The notes under the pieces are model-generated. The model saw only the letters and a list, made by a program, of their open reading frames with translations, did not search any database and was not told where the DNA came from. From Octopus sinensis (lineage: Eukaryota), in assembly GCF_006345805.1 (NCBI RefSeq), contig NC_043014.1, positions 496,001 through 560,000 of the forward strand: DNA of 64,000 nt, given 5' to 3'. This document shows, in pieces, positions 13,946 through 26,109 of this stretch (the first letter of the stretch is position 1; each line of letters starts with the position of its first letter). Made by a program: the position numbers and the translations under genes.

Positions 13946-16029
13946 CCACACTACCTCAACAATTCTTAACAAGGACGATGTTTCAATTGAATCTTCTAAC
14001 AAAAGCTATAAACTGTTTCACAAGAGATGTGGGCCTGGCTGCAGGCTTCAGAACTTTGCTTCTCAACATTTCAGGGTCAATCCCACTACACTGCATTTGG
14101 GGCAAGTGTTTTCTATTAGGGTTCTGGGGCCAACAAAAGGATTAAACTTGGTGACATTGTCACTTAAAGTAGCAGAGGCCTGCTGCCTGTCACCAAACTG
14201 TACTAAGTATCTTGTGGGTACTTAGTAGCCTTAGCATTACCAGTGCCATGTGAAAAACACCCATTACATTTTGTTGCCATCGTCAGGAAAGGCATCCAGC
14301 CACAGAAGCGATGCCAAAGCAAAGAACCTGGCCCTGGTTTGATTATTCCTATCAAACCATCCAACCCAGATGGGGAAAGGGACATTAAATGACAAATATA
14401 TATATACGTGTGTTCATGCCTCTTTGTTTAGCAAATGAGTTGATGTGAGAGCATGTTCAAGCCATCAAAACCTCGCAAGACCAACCTGTCTCAGTTGCAC
14501 AAAAAGTTTCAGACATTCTTGAATCGTTACACAAATCTTACATTTCGTTATATTGTTCTCGATACAGACGAGATAATAAGGACCAACACAGCTGAAGTTT
14601 AACATAAAAAACCAATAAATTCCATTTCAACAACAAAACATTATCATCTTCACTGTTCTTCATCCAGATCTGCGTTAGAGATTGCAGGAACCTTATTAGG
14701 GTTTTATAAAAGGCAATTTCTCTTTGGTTCAGAAGAATATCTGGTAAAATGTTATTCTACAAGAATTAGTTGAGATGAAAATCGTTACCAACAAATACAA
14801 TTCTTTAAACAACTATGAAGATTATTTGTGTTAAAATTATTCTCAGTGTCTTCAACTGAATTCGTTTCAGCAATGATGACTCCTCATCGCCATCAGAATG
14901 TAAAACATTCTTAAAGAACGCAACATGAAATAGCTCCAAACATATTTTACTTTGTTGAAAGTATCAACAAAACCAGGAATGGCTTTTTTTTTTCACTTGG
15001 AACTAGTTGAAAGACAAACTTCTTCAGAAACATTGAAGATCCAGTCTCCAGTGTGAAACATTTCTCTAAAGAAAATATCGCCAACGCTCCATAACATCCT
15101 TCCACCACACAAGGCCATGTTTATTAGGGATAAAATATCTCAGATAAGAACTAATATACACTGGAATTTACATTTTCTCATCTCACAATTTCTCAAGAAA
15201 TGAATCAGGGACAAGATGACCAACAAATGTGGGGAATAGAGAGAGAGAGGGAGAGAGCAGTTTGACAAAAGAGATGATGAAATGAAAACCAGGCTTAAAA
15301 ATAAAGTACTTGGGTCAGTCAATTCCACTAAAAGCTCAAGGTGATGCCCCAACATGGCCACAGTCTAATTACTAACTCAAATAAAAAGGTACACATACAT
15401 GTGTGTGTATATCTAAACATACATATCCCCTGCGAGTAGGGAACAGTTCTCAAAAATAGCCCCCAGTTGTTTTCCCCCCAAATTCCTATGTCTTCGGAAT
15501 CTACATAGTCCGAAGTATATTTGTAGAAAATTTCATTAAAAAATATCCATTTTCTTGAAAGTTAAGACGAATTGAAGTGGATTTTCCGAAATTCCCCACT
15601 TCACCTCCTCCTAAAACACTTTCCCCTAAAATTTTGTATATTCGGAATCTACATGACATGACACATATTCGTATAAAATTTCATTTAAAAAATATCCATT
15701 TTTCTGAAAGTTTATAATCATCAAAAGTCGGTGGGTGAGGCAGAAATCTGTAAGTTATGCCAAAAAGGTTTCAGTATAAACTTTCGGAAAATATGCTCAA
15801 AAAAACGAAAAAAATATTCCGTGATCGAACGCAAAATTATTAAGGAAAAATAATCTTATTACCTCTTTAGCGACATCAGATCCGTGAATATAATGAAAAC
15901 GACCTGGTGTCTCTAAAGTGTCAAAATTCGATAAAATTGTTTTTTAATAAATTCAATTTTTGAGTTGCCCCCTTTCTTTATTGGTGGGAATCATGGGGCT
16001 GAATGTATTCTGAGAGCCTTCTGAACAAG

Positions 16030-16580
16030 GGACGAGGAAACTACACTGGTTCTATGGAGGACATTTGTACTCAGCTATCTAGACTATTGCTCCCAACTGT
16101 GGTCAACCTACAGTTTCAAATTAATAGCAGAACTTGAGGCAGTTCAGTTGTGCTACACCAGAAAGCAAGCGTCAATGGAAGAGTTGAGTTACCGAGAGAG
16201 ATTGAAAGAGCTATGGACTCTACTCCCTGGAGTGATACATGTATTGAAGATCCTGGAGGGGCTGCACCAAATTTTGGTATCGAGAGCAATACCAGCCCCT
16301 AAACTGTACGTCACTGCTATTCCGTCTGAGTGAGGACCATGCACTGCAATAGGTTGGGATTCAAGGGCCCATGATTATATGATGCCTTGCCAAAACATCT
16401 GAGCAATCTTCATGGAGTAGGGGGTAGATGGTTTCAAGAAAAAACTTGACCTCTTGCTATTCGCAGTCCCAGATGAACCACTATCAAAAGAGGGCCGCAA
16501 TGCTGAACTTGCTCCTTCACCAATCAAATAAAATTGGTCATTGAAAAGGTAGTGCTCCAGCATGGCAACAGCCTAACGTA
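16030..16580 (+). mobile_element. CR1-group LINE 3' fragment, degenerate
   Basis: LDYCSQLWS...LSYRERLKEL...KILEGL matches the C-terminus of the LINEs at 42.6-44.7 kb and 50.4-54.3 kb; ends in the gtgctccagcatggc tail. Confidence 0.8.
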
Positions 16581-16947
16581 TAAAAAATAATATACATATA
16601 TTTATTATATACACACATATATATATTTACAGGAAGTTAATTATATGGCTGGTTATAGAGAGTGACCAATGGTTTAGCATCCATAACATGCCTTATGGCT
16701 GGAGTCGTCAGTGACTTATGACTGCGAGACCATCGGTCACTCTATGACCAACCATATAATTAGCTGTCTTAACGTTTAGACACTAGACTTTGTTTCTTTT
16801 TACGGATATATGATCCACTGACGTTCTATATATTATAAAATATAATTGAGATACAGTTGAATGAGGTACTTAAATTGGGGCACCTTGCCAGCTCAGTGTA
16901 GTCTGCTTAGGTGAACAGATTATAAGAAGGATGAACAGGTGTCCGTG

Positions 16948-17009
16948 CATTATGGCCGTTTCAAGCAGCTCCAATTTAATAGATTGAAAGAAACCGTTCT
17001 CTTCAGATG
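16948..17009 (-). ncRNA. type I hammerhead ribozyme motif (slightly degenerate)
   Basis: Minus strand: cat-CTGAAGA-gaacggtttc...ggagctgctt-GAAA-cggcca-TA-atg. Confidence 0.55.
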
Positions 17010-17344
17010 ACCAGACAATTTTCAAATATGAAGGATAAAACCATTTTTAACAAATTCACATCAATAACAGAAACCAAAATAATTACATGGTTTCCTTATA
17101 TTTGTGTCTAGCTTCACCCCCCCCCCGCCGCCGTCACACTATTTCCCTCTGCTAATTTCCAAATTATTGTAAGACTTAATAAGATATGCAGAATTTTCTA
17201 AACTCATTCTGCCACAACAACATAAGGAAACAATGTAATTACTTGTGGCAATGTTTCGTTTGTAGTAGCACACGTTTCCACTTTGGCTTCTGTTATTGAT
17301 GTAAATTTGTTAAAAATGGTTTTTCGTTTATGATTGAAATCTGC

Positions 17345-17390
17345 TTCTGAAGAGAGAAGTTAACTCGGAGCTGTTTGAAACGGCCGTAAA
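17345..17390 (+). ncRNA. type I hammerhead ribozyme motif (weak stem I)
   Basis: tt-CTGAAGA-gagaagtt...agctgttt-GAAA-cggccg-TA-aa. Palindromic stem III; inverted partner of the 16948 motif. Confidence 0.55.
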
Positions 17391-17865
17391 ATATTGACAC
17401 CTGAACATCTTTGTTACTTATTTGCATTCTATACACACACAAAACCACACACAGTTACATAAACACACACACATATAATATATATATATGTAATATATAA
17501 ATACATTACATAAACCTACCACCTTCAATGTCCTTGCTGCCACGGGTCGGGTTCATTTTTAGTAATTTCGTTTATGAGAGCAGTCGAGTTTATTTCAGAT
17601 ATTCTCATTTTAAAATCGTTGAGGGGATGTCGCTATTTGCCTTGGTGGAGGTTTGCACTGTCTGGGTGTTCGTTTAATTTTGTTTTAGAGTGAAAGAAAC
17701 GAGAAACTGAAAGATGTGTGTAGGAGAGAGAGAGAGAGTGAAGGGTGTGTTGTTATGTGTGCGGATATGCATCGAAACACGTGCGTACCTCTATTTTGTA
17801 TGTACGTGTGGATGTGTGTGTGAGTGAACGTGTGTTCTCATGTATATGTGACACACACACACACA

Positions 17866-18113
17866 TCTTTCACTTCCTTCTCTCTTTCACGTTAAAACAA
17901 AAGTAACTGGGAATTTTGAAGATAAAAATTGTTTTAAAAAGGTTCTCCTCATTCATGTAAATTGATGACAATTGTTTGGATGGTTCCAATGAAATAAGTC
18001 CAGAAGTTAGGTTAAATATATTTTCATGCAAAAGGACCGAGAATTCCCATTCAACAAACTCGCAAACATTTCCGCGAATAACTTTACCGAGCAATGCTGC
18101 GTAGTAAGCCTAG
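17866..18113 (+). mobile_element. short non-autonomous Helitron-like element
   Basis: A|TC start at 17866 is tentative. 3' end ccgagcaatgctgcgtagtaagcCTAG|T resembles the Helitron-type end at 58210. Confidence 0.45.
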
Positions 18114-18349
18114 TTATATATATATGGTGAAGGAATGAAGTCTTTACAAGTTGTCAAACTCCCTCCACATCCAGGTGGGCGCTGCCTGATCCAGTAGACC
18201 TATAATGCAAGTCACTCCAAAAGTGACCAACCACACTTATCTCGTATTCAGAGTAATCACTAAGGCGGTTGGTAAGGAAAGATGCCAAGTGTTTAATTAT
18301 TATAAATAATATTTAAAAGTAATTACATAATATTAACTGACTTTAAAAC

Positions 18350-18695
18350 ACGGGCAGAGGCGAGGTAAGAAGCTTGCTTCCCAACCACATGGTTCCGGGT
18401 TCAGTCCCACTGTGTGGCACCATGGGCAAGTGTCTTCTACTATAGCCGACCGAAAACTTGTGAGTGGATTTGGTAGACGGAAACTGAAAGAAGCCCGTCG
18501 TGTGTGTGTCCATCCCACCGCTTGACAACCGGTGTTGGTGTGTTTGCGTCTCCGTAATATTAGCGGTTCGGCTAAAGACACCGATGGAATAAGTACCAGG
18601 CTTTTTTAAAAAAAGTACTACCGTCGATTCATTCGACTAAAAATTCAAGGCGATGCTCCAGCATGGTCGGAGTCTAATGAATGAAAGAAGCAAAA
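18350..18695 (+). mobile_element. tRNA-head SINE, best-preserved copy, with LINE-type 3' tail
   Basis: ggtaagaagcttgcttcccaaccacatggttccgggttcagtcccactg head; central ggtagacggaaactgaaagaagcccgtcg; tail ggcgatgctccagcatgg... Confidence 0.8.
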
Positions 18696-18965
18696 TATCT
18701 GACAATTTTTACAGCAGAATGTTTGTGAAAATAAATTAGATTTTTATTCATATCTAAAATAAGACAAAATGTTATTCAAGATATTTGAAATATGTGTGTG
18801 TGCAGACGGAAGGGGAGCTGGGCAAGGAATTTACTTTGTCACAGAATATTTAGAAACTTTTCAACCTTTGAAACAAAAACATAATTAAAATTAAATATAA
18901 ATTAATCAAACAAAATAATTTAAAATAATCTGCCAAACTCAAACAGATGACATAAAAGTTATTAA

Positions 18966-20321
18966 TTAAACTGAGCAGGTTTTCCCAAACCAGGAATTAA
19001 AAAGATATTTAGCTTTTTCGAGAAAATCGTCATTTTTGCAAAATATATAAATAAGTCTTTCTGAAAATGCTTTTGGAATGAGAGAAGAATAAGGAAGCTG
19101 GACCCGAGGCAGGACTTGGTTGATGGAGTGTTTGGAATAAAAGTGTATCTTGTGGACCGGGTCGTCGTCTCCACTCGCATAATCCAGCTTGAATTTATAA
19201 ATGACCAACTGGTCGACAAGTTCTGGGTCATCTGGAACGATTTCATGCAGAATCTTTTTACAATCAACTTCACAGTTGAAAGATTTCTCACCAACGAACT
19301 TATAAAGTTTTCTTTCGTGTATTCGGGTTAAAATCTCTTTCGCCGTTTGTAAATTTGTTTGGTTGGAATACAGGATTTCGTCAAAAACTCCGTCCGTCAG
19401 CTGGGCGAAGGCTGTCATGTCGTGTTTGGCTTTCGAGAGAGAAAGTAAGGAATATTTCCCCTGCCGCCCGATGAAGCTGTCTGCCTGGACGAAAGCATCT
19501 TTCAGCATTTCATTCATGGCAGCAACAGCTTTGTGTTTATAGGCAAGACAATGAAGTTCGAATCTGGAACGGAACATGTGGTAGAAATTCAGTGCAGTTT
19601 TATCTCTGAAACATATTTCCGTCCTTTTGCCGTCCACTGTGAGGACCCGGGCGAATTTAATGATCCTTTTGTGATCAATTTGGTTTGTTAAGCCAAGATG
19701 ATGACAGTCTCTCGCGAAATAATCCCATTTATCAACGTCCACGCCATTCTCTTTGTTGGCAACGATGTTGTAAAGATATGTTTTATCAACACCTCGACCT
19801 GTTTGCTCTTCATCGGCAACCAATTCCTTGATGGGATTTATTAAATTCTTTATAAAATTCACATCTTTGCCATCCAAACCTGCTTTGCGGAAACCGTTTC
19901 TAACCGTTTCGTTTTCATCCAAGATGTGTTGGAACATTTCGACGGAGGCGATTTCGTGTTTCCACTGAGATCCAGGTTCGATTTCGGGAATGAATAGATT
20001 GTCGAAGAAATGAGAAAATGGTCCGTGTCCCAAGTCATGGCACAGACCAGCGATTTCCACACACAACAGGTCTTTGTCGGAGATGTCGAGTTCGGGTTGG
20101 TGTCTTCTCAGGTGCCGAATGAATTCGCCAGCGAGGTGACAGGTTCCAATGCTGTGCTCGAAGCGGTTGTGCGAGGCCCCGGGAAAGACATAGTAACACA
20201 ACCCCAACTGTTTGATGTTACGAAGTCTCTGGAATTGGACAGTGTCGATGATTGTAACACAAACTGGATGCAATTCAACAGAACCATGGATCGGATCGTG
20301 GAGGACGACGTAGACACCCAT
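18966..20321 (-). CDS. SAMHD1-like: SAMHD1-like HD-domain dNTP triphosphohydrolase, uninterrupted CDS, no SAM domain (451 aa from ATG 20321)
   Basis: DPIHG, FQRLRNIKQLG, PGASHNRFEHSIG, GLCHDLGHGPFSH, WKHE, DVDKWDYFARD and LH..AY.HK all align to the SAMHD1 catalytic core. AATAAA on minus strand at about 18743-18748. A possible splice acceptor (tttctag|) lies just upstream of the ATG. Confidence 0.95.
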   Translation of the reverse strand: MGVYVVLHDPIHGSVELHPVCVTIIDTVQFQRLRNIKQLGLCYYVFPGASHNRFEHSIGTCHLAGEFIRHLRRHQPELDISDKDLLCVEIAGLCHDLGHGPFSHFFDNLFIPEIEPGSQWKHEIASVEMFQHILDENETVRNGFRKAGLDGKDVNFIKNLINPIKELVADEEQTGRGVDKTYLYNIVANKENGVDVDKWDYFARDCHHLGLTNQIDHKRIIKFARVLTVDGKRTEICFRDKTALNFYHMFRSRFELHCLAYKHKAVAAMNEMLKDAFVQADSFIGRQGKYSLLSLSKAKHDMTAFAQLTDGVFDEILYSNQTNLQTAKEILTRIHERKLYKFVGEKSFNCEVDCKKILHEIVPDDPELVDQLVIYKFKLDYASGDDDPVHKIHFYSKHSINQVLPRVQLPYSSLIPKAFSERLIYIFCKNDDFLEKAKYLFNSWFGKTCSV

Positions 20322-20869
20322 CACTAGAAACGGCCCTTTAAATCAACGGTGTTGAGGTTAATTAGTGAAACGATTATAAAACAACCACCTTGTAATTAGT
20401 CGGTTCACACTGCTTCATAGTAAAATATAGATTAATTAGAGTTAATTAAATTGTTTTAGAGATTAAAAATTAATTAATTAACATTAGTTTATACATTAAT
20501 TAAATTACATACAATGAAAGGTAAATAGTTGTTGTGTATATAGAAACAAAGTTTGTGAAGATTGTGAAGTTTATTAATGCAAGGTAGACAATATATTTAT
20601 TGTTCCTGTTATTGCTATTGTTGTTTAACTCCAGATTATTGCTGACAGAGGAGACGTTTGATTAAAGTCAAAGTTTTTCCAGCCGTGACCATTCCGTCAG
20701 TGCAAAGAACCTACAACTACAATACCTAAATATTATTTTTTATTTTGTTTTTAGAAGGTAAGATCGAAAGGAAATTTAGCTGCTATTTTTAATCAGATTG
20801 AAGGCTCCGTCCTCGTCTCGAACTCTTATTACTATTGTTTACGAAGGATGTAGCCTATTGTAGAAGTAT

Positions 20870-20924
20870 ATACAACATATATATATATATATATATAAGT
20901 ATATATACATATATACATATATAC

Positions 20925-21004
<80 letters not shown>

Positions 21005-21010
21005 AGTATA

Positions 21011-21041
<31 letters not shown>

Positions 21042-21048
21042 AGTATAT

Positions 21049-21128
<80 letters not shown>

Positions 21129-21155
21129 TTATATATATATATATATATATGTATG
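20870..21155. repeat. (TA)n microsatellite
   Basis: Direct reading; source of spurious YI-repeat ORFs. Confidence 0.95.
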
Positions 21156-21697
21156 TATAGACAACAGCGTTATCAAAAAAAAAGGGGTGGGGGGAGGAAA
21201 GAATGGAAAAGTTCTGTCTATATTTAGCAGAATAAAATTTCCGCTTAAACTGAAAGTGACTGACTGTAATGGATGGAAATAGGAAAGGAAATATTTCAAC
21301 ACAGAAACACAATTGCTGGTTCGTCAGACGAAATACCGTCTGGTGTTTAGTTGCGGCCGCCTTGGTTGTGATTTCGCGGCTTCCTAGTGTCACGTTTCCC
21401 TTTCATCCTTCTGGGGTCGATACCATTAAGTATCAGTCATACAAAAGGATCGACTTAACTGATTAAAACACCCCTCATCTACCAAATAGTATATATGTAT
21501 GTATGTATATACATATATATATATGATTGCAAACCAACCAAGTGTGTGTCCTATATGAGTCAGTGCTGCTCACAGATTTGATGCAGCCTATATATATATA
21601 TATATAGGACTCACACTTGGTTGGTTGACAATTATATATATATATGTACGTATATCCATATATATATGCATATGATATATATATATATATATGCATA

Positions 21698-21736
<39 letters not shown>

Positions 21737-21747
21737 TATGTTATATA

Positions 21748-21903
21748 TATCATCATCATCATCATCATCATCGTTTAACGTCCGTTCTCCATGCTAGCAT
21801 GGGTTGGACGGTTCGACCGGAGATCTGGGAAGCCAGAAGGCTGCACCAGGCTCCAGTCTTATCTGGCAAGGTTTCTACAGCTGGATGCCCTTCCTAACGC
21901 CAA
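21748..21903 (-). mobile_element. (GAT)n-tailed SINE/RTE-like 3' end, inverted copy
   Basis: (cat)n cgtttaacgtccgttctccatgctagcatgggttggacgg...ggatgcccttcctaacgcc. Confidence 0.8.
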
Positions 21904-21949
21904 ATATATATATATGCATATGATATATATATATATATATATATATATG

Positions 21950-22302
21950 CATAACACCATCCGATCGTGGCCGTTCGCCAGCCTCATCTGGCACTTGTGT
22001 TGGTGGCACATAAAAACACCATCCGAGCGTGGCCGTCTGCCAGCCTTGTCTGGCACCTGTGTCGGTGGCACATAAAAAACACCATCCGAGCGTGGTCGTT
22101 CGCCAGCCTCGTCTGGCACTTGTGTCGGTGGCACATAAAATCACCCACTACACTCTCGGAGTGGTTGGCGTTAGGAAGGACATCCAGCTGTAGAAACACT
22201 GCCAGATCTGACTGGCCTGGTGCAGCCTTCGGGCTCCCCAGACCCCAGTTGAACCGTCCAACCCATGCTAGCATGGAAAGCGGACGTTAAATGATGATGA
22301 TG

Positions 22303-22307
<5 letters not shown>
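21950..22307 (+). mobile_element. (GAT)n-tailed element with three internal ~63-bp tandem units
   Basis: Unit like caccatccgagcgtggtcgttcgccagcctcgtctggcacttgtgtcggtggcacataaaa x3, then the ggcgttaggaagg...ggacgttaaatgatgatg tail. Confidence 0.8.
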
Positions 22308-22372
<65 letters not shown>

Positions 22373-22389
22373 AATGTATATATATAAGA

Positions 22390-22805
22390 TCTAATGTATG
22401 CTTATATTTATATTTACTTATATTTATATTCTCTTTTTTATATATATTCTACTTATTATACAACATTACTCTTTTATGTACACTTTTTTATGTACATTCC
22501 TTTATGTACACTGATTTGTTCTGCTTTTTATATTTAACCCTACAGTCTCTTATGTGGTGGTTTAATAAAATATGTGATTGAGTATTATCCGGTAATTGAT
22601 ATTTGATTTAGATGTATTTCTCCATTTTCTTATCTTGTATTAGTAATTTGTGGTAAATCATTTTACCTTTGCCCATATAATACAATAAATGAATTGATTG
22701 CATCGCAATCCTTAACATTTATGTATTAACTTTGTTGGGTACTTCACTAGCAGTATATTGGATATACGTTATCCCATGGAGGGTTGCATTTACAACCCCT
22801 ATCTC
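22390..22805 (+). mobile_element. 3' part of the AT-rich hammerhead-bearing (Penelope-like) family
   Basis: Clearly homologous, in inverted orientation, to 60650-61010 (cccatggagggtt...acccctatctc terminus; ttttacctttgcccatataataca). A similar terminus occurs at about 48430 (-). Confidence 0.65.
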
Positions 22806-22809
22806 AATT

Positions 22810-23515
<706 letters not shown>

Positions 23516-23611
23516 AAATGAGGGTGAAAAATCGATATTAATTTAATAATACCGTCAATTTAACACCAAGTGGCTTAGCACAAAAACTACGGAGGAAATA
23601 CAAATTTATAC

Positions 23612-23800
23612 ATAAATTATTAGAGAGTTATCCACTATGTGGATAACTCTAGTGCTAAAAATAGCTCCGAAGCAACCACAGAAGATCCGTTTCCAACTAG
23701 AATCAACACGTTGATTCTAGTTGGAAACGGATCTTGTGGTTGCTTCGGAGCTATTTTTAGCACTAGAGTTATCCACATAGTGGATAACTCTCTAATAATT

Positions 23801-23803
<3 letters not shown>
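23612..23803. repeat. near-perfect ~95-bp-arm palindrome with nested hairpin
   Basis: ataaattattagagagttatcc...ctagaatcaac AC gttgattctag...ggataactctctaataatttat. Arms differ by one 2-nt indel; each arm holds agagttatccac-N3-gtggataactct. Confidence 0.9.
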
Positions 23804-23855
<52 letters not shown>

Positions 23856-23866
23856 GTATATATATA

Positions 23867-24061
<195 letters not shown>

Positions 24062-24086
24062 TATATATGTATATATATATATATAT

Positions 24087-24145
<59 letters not shown>

Positions 24146-24336
24146 ATATATATATATAAAGATATATATATATATATGTATATAGATATATATATATAGA
24201 GGGCATAATTATACATACATGCCAGGAGGCATTATATATACATGCCAAACGCTAAGAGGGACAATCAGTCATTTCTACCAAAAATATTACTAATCCCACC
24301 GAATGCAATTTTTCAAAGTAAGACATTTAAAAATAT

Positions 24337-24384
24337 AGGCCTGTATCACAGTGATTTCATACTTACGTAATCATCAGCAGGCCT
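24337..24384 (-). ncRNA. type I hammerhead ribozyme motif
   Basis: Minus strand: aggcctg-CTGATGA-ttacgtaagtat-GAAA-tcactgtga-TA-caggcct. 7-bp stem I, stem II tac/gta, near-palindromic stem III. Enclosed by ~59-bp inverted repeats 24191-24249 / 24478-24536. Confidence 0.75.
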
Positions 24385-24654
24385 GAATGTATTATAAATA
24401 AACAACGACCCTGCCTCGCTTAAGCCGAACAGCTAACTGATCAACATCAACGAAGCACATGGGTGAGTTTATATATATTTGGCATGTATATATAATGCCT
24501 CCTGGCATGTATGTATAATTATGCCCTCTATATATAAATTAATATGTTCAATAAGAAATAATTATTTTCGAAATTTTTTCTCTTATGAGGTTTTTACGCT
24601 ATCTACCTGACAATTTCTTGTTAAGTTTTCCTTATTAAGTAGTTGTCCTTAATT

Positions 24655-24661
24655 GCAATAT

Positions 24662-24723
<62 letters not shown>

Positions 24724-24732
24724 TGTATATAT

Positions 24733-24779
<47 letters not shown>

Positions 24780-24824
24780 ATATATATATTATATAATATA
24801 TATATATATATAATATATATAAAG

Positions 24825-24859
<35 letters not shown>

Positions 24860-25007
24860 ATAATTATATAAAAGATATATATATATCTATATATATAATT
24901 AATAATAGCTATATATATATATAAAAAGATATATATATATATTATATATATATATATAAAAAGATATATATATATATATATATATATTATATTATATATA
25001 TATATAA

Positions 25008-25053
<46 letters not shown>

Positions 25054-25135
25054 ATATATATATATAATAAAGATTATATATATATATATAAGATATATAT
25101 ATATATATATATATATATAAAGATATATATATAAT

Positions 25136-25173
<38 letters not shown>

Positions 25174-25208
25174 TTATATATATATATATATAAAGTAATA
25201 TAAATATA

Positions 25209-25262
<54 letters not shown>

Positions 25263-25705
25263 GGTATATATATATTATATATTATATATATATAATACTT
25301 TATATTATATATAGTATATATATTATATATATATATATATATGTATTATATGTATACTACTATGGAGTATGTATATATATGCATAATATATATATATTAG
25401 ATATATATATGTATATATATACTATATGTTATATATATAATATTGATATATGTCTATATAGTATAGTAGATATGTGATATATATGTATATAATATGTATA
25501 TATATGTATATATGTATACAAGGCAGTATATATAAAGTTATATGTATATATATATTAGTATATATGTAATATTATATATATATGATATATATATATATAT
25601 ATAGGTATATATAGTATATATATAGTATATATATATATATAATATATGGTATATATATATTATATATATATATATATATATACTATATATATTATATATA
25701 TATAT
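24655..25705. repeat. degenerate (TA)n tract
   Basis: Direct reading. Confidence 0.95.
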
Positions 25706-25740
25706 AACCCAAAAATAAGCAACAAGAATGGATCGGTAGT

Positions 25741-25822
25741 TTAGTACAATTGTTTCATACTATAACAATTTATTAAGCTGCAAATATTACAGCAAATATA
25801 ATGTCAAGTAATCTTCAGCTAA
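25741..25822 (-). ncRNA. type I hammerhead ribozyme with extended stem II
   Basis: Minus strand: ttag-CTGAAGA-ttac...gctgtaatatttgcagc...gtat-GAAA-caattg-TA-ctaa. Same family as 56565 (shared flanks). Confidence 0.75.
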
Positions 25823-26003
25823 TTTCATATAGGTTTTCCAAACATCTTAGAGGGTGTAAATATACTTATAAAGTTATAGAAGTGAGTTCCAGGAACTTGA
25901 ACTAATTAAATTAAGAACTTTGTATTGTTGGAAGGTATATATGGTCTGCTTGGAATCTTGCTTCAAGTTCCTGGAGCTCACATCTATACATACATACATA
26001 CAT

Positions 26004-26066
<63 letters not shown>

Positions 26067-26109
26067 TACATACATACATACATACATACATACATACATA
26101 CATACATAC

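Noticed and set aside
14450-15120. Non-repetitive stretch resembling decayed coding sequence
   Set aside because: All frames examined are interrupted and no motif could be assigned.
15425-15990. Internally duplicated AT-rich element (ttcggaatctacat...aaaatttcatt...atatccatttt x2)
   Set aside because: Probably a non-autonomous DNA/Helentron-type repeat, but termini and family could not be established.
16637-16765. Hairpin containing CTGACGA...TAAA-ccattgg-TC on the minus strand
   Set aside because: GAAA is mutated and stem I is not convincingly paired. It may be a decayed ribozyme but cannot be supported.
18350-18420. tRNA gene
   Set aside because: Box A/B-like head lacks a full cloverleaf and continues into a SINE body.
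18966-20321. Horizontal transfer or bacterial contamination for the intronless HD gene
   Set aside because: Motifs follow animal SAMHD1 (PGASHNRFEHS, DVDKWDYFARD), there is a polyA signal, and the flanks are host repeats.
21950-22140. 63-bp repeats as a CRISPR array
   Set aside because: Contiguous tandem units without variable spacers, internal to a SINE-like element.
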